From contig BTVY01000049.1 of the NCBI GenBank assembly GCA_045863335.1, positions 12,243 through 56,577 of the forward strand: a stretch of DNA of 44,335 nt, read 5' to 3'. This DNA is from Candidatus Hydrogenedentota bacterium. Its GTDB lineage: Bacteria > Hydrogenedentota > Hydrogenedentia > Hydrogenedentales > SLHB01. Positions 38,903 to 44,335 of this stretch are shown here, piece after piece. Each line of letters starts with the position of its first letter. Position 1 is the stretch's first letter. Made by a program: the position numbers and the translations under genes. The notes under the pieces are model-generated. The model was not told where the DNA came from and did no database searches. It was given only the letters and a program-made list of their open reading frames with translations.

Positions 38903-39523
38903 ATGACAACGAAACATCTCCTTAGACTGACGCTAGCCGGGTTCGCCGCGGTCGCGCTCGTGGGATTCCTGACAGCCAGCGTCCAGGCACAGCCTCCTCA
39001 GGAACCACCGGCGAGTCCTGACGCGGTGGAACCGGGACCACCGCCTCCGCCACCGGAAGCAGGAGCCTTTGAGGATGCGCCTCCGGCCGGACAGTTCCGA
39101 GGACCGCAGGGGCGCCGAGGCGCCGGCGGACGAGATGGACAATTTCGGGGTCCGCATGGTCCTCGTGGTGCGGAGCAAGGGCACACGCCGGGTGAATGCG
39201 ACCAGTCTGGCCCTCACGGCAAGGCAGGCCAAGGCAGGATGGGCGCCGGACCGAATGACGGTCCTCGCATGGGCCAGGATCGCCCCATGGGGCCTCCCCC
39301 CTTTGAAGCGATCGACGCCGACGGCAATGGCGCCATCACGAAGACGGAGTGGGATCAGTTCCACGCGCAGCACCGGCCGCCCCGTTCGGATGAGCCGGTG
39401 GGCATGAACCGGGGCGATGGTCCGCGTGGTCCGCGTGGACCGAACGCGCCGGAGCGAGGTTTTGGAGGACGTGGGCCGCGCGCACAAGTTGACCTTCCCG
39501 CGCCGCCCCCCGCGGCGGAATAG
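38903..39523 (+). CDS. Secreted Pro/Gly-rich protein with one EF-hand
   Basis: AGGAGG RBS; signal peptide VQA-Q; DADGNGAITKTE EF-hand loop. Confidence 0.75.
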   Translation: MTTKHLLRLTLAGFAAVALVGFLTASVQAQPPQEPPASPDAVEPGPPPPPPEAGAFEDAPPAGQFRGPQGRRGAGGRDGQFRGPHGPRGAEQGHTPGECDQSGPHGKAGQGRMGAGPNDGPRMGQDRPMGPPPFEAIDADGNGAITKTEWDQFHAQHRPPRSDEPVGMNRGDGPRGPRGPNAPERGFGGRGPRAQVDLPAPPPAAE

Positions 39524-39566
39524 CGTCACCCCTTGGGGAGCCCCGACGTGGGGTAGACGGAGTGAC

Positions 39567-39611
39567 GGGGAGGCGCAGGCCGTGTGCGAGGCCTGCGCCT
39601 CCCCACTTTTT
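39567..39611 (+). terminator. Intrinsic terminator
   Basis: GGGGAGGCGCAGGCC-N8-GGCCTGCGCCTCCCC followed by ACTTTTT. Confidence 0.8.
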
Positions 39612-39760
39612 CCGGTTTAGTGTACGGACTTCGTGGAAGGGGAACCCATTTGGTGGGTGCACCCTCCCAACTTTTTGACGGTTCAAGGGGGTCACCCTCC
39701 GTGCGTGCGGTGGCGCGTGGCGGGGATGCCCTTAATGAGATCAGCCGGGGCGTTGCAGTG

Positions 39761-39898
39761 GACCTACACGGACCTACACGGACCTACACGGACCTACACG
39801 GACCTACACGGACCTACACGGACTGGCACGGACTGGCACGGAGACGCACGGAGACGCACGGAGACGCACGGAGACGCACGGAGACGTACGGACACACG
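39761..39898. repeat. Compound 10-bp tandem repeat array
   Basis: 6x GACCTACACG, 2x GACTGGCACG, 4x GAGACGCACG, 1x GAGACGTACG, then degenerate GACACACG. Confidence 0.95.
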
Positions 39899-40162
39899 GC
39901 ACACACGGGCCGACCCGAACGGCCTATTTTGCCTTTTTGAGTAGATCGTCGACGTCCTTCAGGACTTTTTCGCCGACTTCTTTCCGGGTTGTCTCTGGGA
40001 TTTTGTAATGCTGCGTTTCTTCGAGCACGCGAATGGTGTGCATGGCAACCTGGTAAGCAAAATCGTGGACTTTCATGGAAGGACTCCTTGGAGCGGGTAA
40101 ACCATTTGTCCGCGCGTGGGTCTATTCTCGCCTCCGGCGGACGGGAGATCAATTGGACATAC

Positions 40163-40198
40163 GAAAACCCCAGGCCGCATCAACCACGGCCTGGGGTT
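40163..40198 (-). terminator. Intrinsic terminator of the 49-aa sORF
   Basis: Minus strand AACCCCAGGCCG-N9-CGGCCTGGGGTT running into a T tract (GGGGTTTT). Confidence 0.7.
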
Positions 40199-40221
40199 CT
40201 TACAAACAGTTCTGCGATAAG

Positions 40222-40371
40222 CTAGTTGTGAATGCCAACCAGTGGAAGGGGCAGCGGTTTCACTGGCCGAAAGACCATCCGCTTGTTGTTCTTCCCGATA
40301 ACGATCCAACAGGCCGGCTCGTTGTGGCCGTCGTCGTCGTTCATATCGCGAGCGGTCAATAGACTGCTCAT
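40222..40371 (-). CDS. Small 49-aa hypothetical protein
   Basis: AAAAGGAGAGGAGAGCC-ATG; MSSLLTARDMNDDDGHNEPACWIVIGKNNKRMVFRPVKPLPLPLVGIHN*; terminator 23 nt downstream. Confidence 0.65.
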   Translation of the reverse strand: MSSLLTARDMNDDDGHNEPACWIVIGKNNKRMVFRPVKPLPLPLVGIHN

Positions 40372-40495
40372 GGCTCTCCTCTCCTTTTCGGTGCGTGCTG
40401 TCGTGGGCGCACGCCTCCCTCTTTGCGTTCGTGAAGCTATCTAGTGGACACCGTACCCGGTGATACCCCTGCGACCGGTACGGTATTGCGATGCG

Positions 40496-41653
40496 CTACA
40501 GACCCGCCTTTTTGCGCAAAGCGTCGGCCTGATCGGTCTCTTCCCAACGGAAGCCCTGATCCTCGCGCCCGAAGTGGCCGTAGGCGACCGTCTTTCGGAA
40601 GATCGGCTTCTTGAGGTCCAGCGTCTTGATGATGCTTGCGGGCCGGCAATCGAAATGATCCATTAGGATACTCTCGATCTTCTCCTCGGCAACCTTGTTG
40701 GTGCCGAAGGTCGTCACGTTGATCGACACCGGCTGCGCGACGCCAATGGCGTACGCCAACTGGACTTCGCAGCGGTCGGCGATGCCCGCCGCGACGACAT
40801 TCTTCGCGATGTACCGGGCCATGTAGGCGGCCGAGCGGTCGACCTTCGACGGGTCTTTGCCGCTGAATGCGCCACCGCCGTGGTGACCCATGCCGCCGTA
40901 CGTGTCCACGATGATCTTGCGGCCGGTGACTCCGCTGTCGCCCACAGGTCCGCCGACAACGAAGCGTCCGGTCGGATTGATGTGGTATTTCACTTGTCCG
41001 TTTACGAGGTTCTGGGGAATCACCGGAGTGATAACATCATCAATGATGCTCTTCCGGATCTCGTCCTGAGTAACGTTCGCGGAATGCTGGTTGGAAATCA
41101 CGACGGTGTCGATGCGGACCGGTTTTCCTTCCACGTACTCGATCGTCACTTGAGATTTGCCGTCGGGCTGAAGCCACGGCAACGCGCCGCTCTTGCGCAG
41201 CTCGGACAGGCGCCGCCCCAGCTTGTGGGCCAACAGGATCGGCATCGGCATCAGCTCGGGCGTCTCGCTGGTGGCGTATCCGAACATCATGCCCTGATCG
41301 CCAGCGCCCTGCTCGTGATCCGTCGTTACGTCAACGCCCTGCGCGATGTCCGGCGACTGCTTGTCCAGGTTGACGAGTACCGCACAGCTGTTGCCATCAA
41401 ATCCGGAGTCGCCGCCGACGTAGCCGATGTCGGTAATCGCCTTCCGGACGACCGCGGGGATATCCACGACCGCTTTGGAAGTAATTTCGCCCGCCACCAC
41501 ACAAAGCCCGGTGTTGACGAGGGTTTCGCACGCGACACGGCTATCGGGATCTTGCGCGAGCATGGCATCGAGCACGGCGTCGGACACGGCGTCGGCTACT
41601 TTGTCGGGGTGCCCTTCGGTCACGGACTCAGATGTGAACAGGTATTTGCTCAT
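40496..41653 (-). CDS. metK: S-adenosylmethionine synthetase
   Basis: [41 protein letters not shown]. Confidence 0.98.
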   Translation of the reverse strand: MSKYLFTSESVTEGHPDKVADAVSDAVLDAMLAQDPDSRVACETLVNTGLCVVAGEITSKAVVDIPAVVRKAITDIGYVGGDSGFDGNSCAVLVNLDKQSPDIAQGVDVTTDHEQGAGDQGMMFGYATSETPELMPMPILLAHKLGRRLSELRKSGALPWLQPDGKSQVTIEYVEGKPVRIDTVVISNQHSANVTQDEIRKSIIDDVITPVIPQNLVNGQVKYHINPTGRFVVGGPVGDSGVTGRKIIVDTYGGMGHHGGGAFSGKDPSKVDRSAAYMARYIAKNVVAAGIADRCEVQLAYAIGVAQPVSINVTTFGTNKVAEEKIESILMDHFDCRPASIIKTLDLKKPIFRKTVAYGHFGREDQGFRWEETDQADALRKKAGL

Positions 41654-41755
41654 AGTAGGATTTCCACTCCTGCCCCTGTGGACGGTACGCCGTCAAGCGC
41701 GGCGGTATGGTTCGAATCAGCCCCCTCTTTGGGAGCGCAAAGGATGAACGAAGCG

Positions 41756-42469
41756 TTAGTTCGTCTTCAGATCTGCGGAAAGTGCCGCCGGGTCGAGGCG
41801 GAATCCAGGACCCATGGTGCTGCTCATCGTGCAGGCCTTGAGATAGGTGCCCTTACACGCTGCCGGGCGCGCTTTAAGGACGGCCTGAATCACGGCTGCG
41901 GAGTTTTCTTCAATCTGCGCAGCGGTGAAAGACGCCTTCCCTACGGGCACGTGCATGTTGGCATTCTTGTCAACCCGGAAGTCGATCTTACCTTTTTTGA
42001 TCTCCGTGACTGCGTCACCGACTTTGGGCGTAACGGTGCCGGCTTTCGGGCTCGGCATCAAACCGCGGGGACCGAGAATTTTACCGAGTTTTCCGACTTC
42101 GCCCATCATGTCGGGCGCGGCGACGGCCACGTCGAAATCGGTCCAGCCGCCTTGCACCTTCGCGACCAGATCTTCGGCGCCGACGGCTTCGGCGCCGGCT
42201 TCTTCTGCGGCGGCCTTCTGGTCGGCCTGCTTACAGAATACGGCCACGCGGACGGGTTTACCCGTACCGTGGGGAAGAGAAACGGTGCCGCGCACCATTT
42301 GCTCCGCGTGACGGGGGTCGACGCCAAGGTGAAACGCGAGATCGACGGTCTCGTCGAACTTGGCGGTGGCGCATTCTTTTACGCCAGTGGCGGCGTCGGA
42401 AAGGGTATGAATCTTCTTGTCGCCGGTCTTGTCTTTGAGCGCGGCGACGCGCTTGCTGGGTTTACCCAT
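41756..42469 (-). CDS. rplA: 50S ribosomal protein L1
   Basis: KFDETVD, LPHGTGK, LGPRGLMPSPKAGTV, SSTMGPG; ATG after AGGAG. Confidence 0.97.
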   Translation of the reverse strand: MGKPSKRVAALKDKTGDKKIHTLSDAATGVKECATAKFDETVDLAFHLGVDPRHAEQMVRGTVSLPHGTGKPVRVAVFCKQADQKAAAEEAGAEAVGAEDLVAKVQGGWTDFDVAVAAPDMMGEVGKLGKILGPRGLMPSPKAGTVTPKVGDAVTEIKKGKIDFRVDKNANMHVPVGKASFTAAQIEENSAAVIQAVLKARPAACKGTYLKACTMSSTMGPGFRLDPAALSADLKTN

Positions 42470-42481
42470 TGCTGAATCTCC

Positions 42482-42513
42482 TGTGGTTCCTGCGGGCCTG
42501 AGGCCCTCCCACA
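42482..42513 (-). promoter_or_regulatory. L1-binding autoregulatory mRNA element
   Basis: UGUGG-GA-GGGCC-UCA-GGCCC-GCAGGAA-CCACA: two stems around an asymmetric internal loop, adjacent to the rplA SD; similar to the E. coli L1 operator GGGAG..C-GUUAUUA-CC. Confidence 0.7.
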
Positions 42514-42589
42514 TTGTGACCGGACGAGTCCGGCCGTACCATCGACGTGCGCCTGGCTCGTTGGAACCGGGCGCCTTAATACAGGCAAA

Positions 42590-43036
42590 TTAGTTTTCGA
42601 CGGTAAGCCCCATGCTGCGAGCGGTACCAGCAATCATGCTGATCGCGGTGTCGATGTTTGCCGCATTGAGATCCGCCTGCTTCAGCTCGGCAATTTCCTT
42701 GAGTTGGGCTTTGGTCACCGAACCCACTTTATTCTTGTTGGGTTCGCCGGAGGCCTTTGCAAGCTTGGCGGCGCGCTTCAACAGGACCGCGGCGGGGGGA
42801 CTCTTGGTGATAAAGGTGAACGACCGGTCTTCGAACACGGTAATGACGACCGGTATGATCAGCCCCTGCTGGTCCTTGGTGCGGTCGTTGAACTGCTTGC
42901 AGAATTCCATGATCTGCACGCCGTGCTGGCCCAATGCAGGACCCACCGGCGGGGCCGGGTTGGCTTGACCGGCAGGGCACTGCAATTTAATCTGTGCCAT
43001 AACGTTCCGGCCCTTGCCTTTGGCTGGCTTACCCAT
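42590..43036 (-). CDS. rplK: 50S ribosomal protein L11
   Basis: [28 protein letters not shown]. Confidence 0.98.
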   Translation of the reverse strand: MGKPAKGKGRNVMAQIKLQCPAGQANPAPPVGPALGQHGVQIMEFCKQFNDRTKDQQGLIIPVVITVFEDRSFTFITKSPPAAVLLKRAAKLAKASGEPNKNKVGSVTKAQLKEIAELKQADLNAANIDTAISMIAGTARSMGLTVEN

Positions 43037-43083
43037 GATAGTGCTCCGTTATCCTCTAGTGCGATGCGGTCGTAAAGACCGGT

Positions 43084-43761
43084 TTACATCTTTTCAACTT
43101 GCCAAAACTCAACTTCAACGCTGGTAAGACGCTCGAAGATTTCGACCATTACCTTAAGGGTGCCGCGCTCGGCGTTGATTTCGTCAATATTGCCGAGGAA
43201 GTTCGAAAACGGTCCATCAATAATCTTGACTCGCTCACCGTGTTCAAAGGCAACCTTCGGCTTCGGGCGTTCCCGCTCGCCCCGGATCTCTTCGAGGATC
43301 GCCTGAACTTCCGAATCCTCCAAGGGTACCGGAACCGTCCGCGAGCCAATAAACCCGCTGACGCCGGGGGTCTCTTTGATGAGGTGCCACAGCTCGGGGT
43401 TACGCTCCGGATGGACCGGCAACTGAATCAACACGTAACCGGGGAAGAACTTCCGCTTGGAGATTTTCTTTTCGCCGGACTTAATCTCGGCCACTTCTTC
43501 CATCGGGACGAGCACATCGCCGATGACATCCTTGAGACCGCCCTGCTCGGCGTGGATCAAGATGTTTTTCTTGACGTTTGCTTCCTGGCCCGAATAGGCG
43601 TGCAAGGCATACCAGCGCCGTTTGATGCCGTCATCTTTTACAGCGAGCGCCTCTTCTTCCACAGTTTCCTGCGTCTCCTCGGGGTCGGCGGAGGTATCCG
43701 CCGTTTCCTCGGGGGCTTCGTGCACCTCTTCGGGTGTTTCGTCCGTCGTCACGTATTCCAT
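43084..43761 (-). CDS. nusG: Transcription termination/antitermination factor NusG
   Basis: WYALHAYSGQE, FFPGYVL, TPGVSGF, KOW GERVKIIDGPF; acidic N-terminal extension. Confidence 0.96.
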   Translation of the reverse strand: MEYVTTDETPEEVHEAPEETADTSADPEETQETVEEEALAVKDDGIKRRWYALHAYSGQEANVKKNILIHAEQGGLKDVIGDVLVPMEEVAEIKSGEKKISKRKFFPGYVLIQLPVHPERNPELWHLIKETPGVSGFIGSRTVPVPLEDSEVQAILEEIRGERERPKPKVAFEHGERVKIIDGPFSNFLGNIDEINAERGTLKVMVEIFERLTSVEVEFWQVEKM

Positions 43762-43764
43762 CCC

Positions 43765-43998
43765 CTATCCCAGGAGCAGCATCAACCGGATAACCCGCAG
43801 GAATACCCAGTCGTACAGACCAATGATTGCGGCAAGGATCAGCAGGGTAATCATCACGATGGTTGTGTGGTCGTGCAGTTCGTTCTTACTGGGCCAGGCC
43901 ACCTTGCTCATTTCAACCATGACTTCCTGGAAAAACTCCCGGATTCGGGCGATAAAGCCCGGCTGAGTCGTTGTCGCTGTAGCCGACTGCTTAGCCAT
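43765..43998 (-). CDS. secE: Preprotein translocase subunit SecE
   Basis: EMSKVAWPSKNE plus a single TM helix; ATG at 43998 after AAGGAG. Confidence 0.93.
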   Translation of the reverse strand: MAKQSATATTTQPGFIARIREFFQEVMVEMSKVAWPSKNELHDHTTIVMITLLILAAIIGLYDWVFLRVIRLMLLLG

Positions 43999-44074
43999 GG
44001 GTCTCCTTGCTACGGTCGCCTGTCTGGCCATGATGCCTCACCGTTAATACCTTCAATCTCAGCAACTTAAGAAA

Positions 44075-44151
44075 TGGCAGGACTGGAGGGACTCGAACCC
44101 CCAACCTTCGGCTTTGGAGGCCGCTGCTCTAGCCAATTGAGCTACAGTCCT
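44075..44151 (-). tRNA. tRNA-Trp(CCA)
   Basis: AGGACTGTAGCTCAATTGGCTAGAGCAGCGGCCTCCAAAGCCGAAGGTTGGGGGTTCGAGTCCCTCCAGTCCTGCCA; typical position before secE. Confidence 0.96.
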
Positions 44152-44218
44152 GCGGATAAACCTAGTTGGAATCAGAACTTTCGAACCGGAAAACCGACTC
44201 CGTGCGCACAAGCGCAGG

Positions 44219-44248
44219 AGTATATCGTTTTGACGGCCCGGAATTCAA
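44219..44248 (-). promoter_or_regulatory. Sigma70 promoter for tRNA-Trp-secE-nusG
   Basis: Minus strand TTGAAT-N18-TATACT followed by a GC-rich discriminator CCTGCGC. Confidence 0.55.
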
Positions 44249-44280
44249 TTTCTAATTTGCGCACGGAGCGCGAAAACTAC

Positions 44281-44335
44281 TTACTCGATGATTTTGGTGA
44301 CCACGCCGGCGCCGACGGTGCGCCCGCCTTCGCGA
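44281..44335 (-). CDS. tuf: Elongation factor Tu, C-terminal end (partial)
   Basis: REGGRTVGAGVVTKIIE*. Confidence 0.95.
   Translation of the reverse strand, partial: REGGRTVGAGVVTKIIE

Noticed and set aside
39761-39898. CRISPR array, or coding repeat ORFs (YTDLHGPTRT..., 39584-39944)
   Set aside because: Units are 10 bp with no spacers and no cas genes; the ORFs arise from a stop-free repeat and lack a convincing RBS
41654-41755. SAM riboswitch upstream of metK
   Set aside because: No SAM-I, SAM-II or SMK consensus recognisable in the ~100-nt spacer
40880-42475. 531-aa plus-strand ORF
   Set aside because: Antisense shadow of metK and rplA; typical of high-GC coding DNA; no motifs

Overview
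GC-rich bacterial chromosomal window. The DUF1559 prepilin-like gene, the many Tat/lipoprotein exports and a 'GCP' lipobox suggest a Candidatus Hydrogenedentes or PVC-like organism (inference only). Left part (1-21 kb): aldo/keto reductase; a small Tat lipoprotein preceded by its own sigma70 promoter and a ~195-nt highly structured leader (unclassified RNA candidate); an orphan RND permease; a Gly-rich secreted protein; a MoxR / Ser-Thr kinase / TPR-LysM L,D-transpeptidase / DICT-like-GAF-GGDEF cluster; pyrD-pyrF-pyrE; PHP protein; divergent GH4; HEAT protein; acylphosphatase; methyltransferase; esterase; an unannotated 38-aa sORF; an IS end remnant; tRNA-Asp. Middle (22-36 kb): a carbohydrate-utilisation-like region with a Tat Gfo/Idh/MocA oxidoreductase, large secreted unknown proteins, a Tat TIM-barrel isomerase, GH5, DUF1559 and a frameshifted AraC. 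Right part: a CusRS-like two-component system with a cop-box-like site facing an EF-hand protein, a compound 10-bp tandem array, an unannotated 49-aa sORF, metK, rplA (with an L1 autoregulatory site), rplK, nusG, secE, tRNA-Trp and the 3' end of tuf. rpmG and rplJ-rplL-rpoBC are not in their usual positions. No CRISPR array, prophage or intact transposase was seen.
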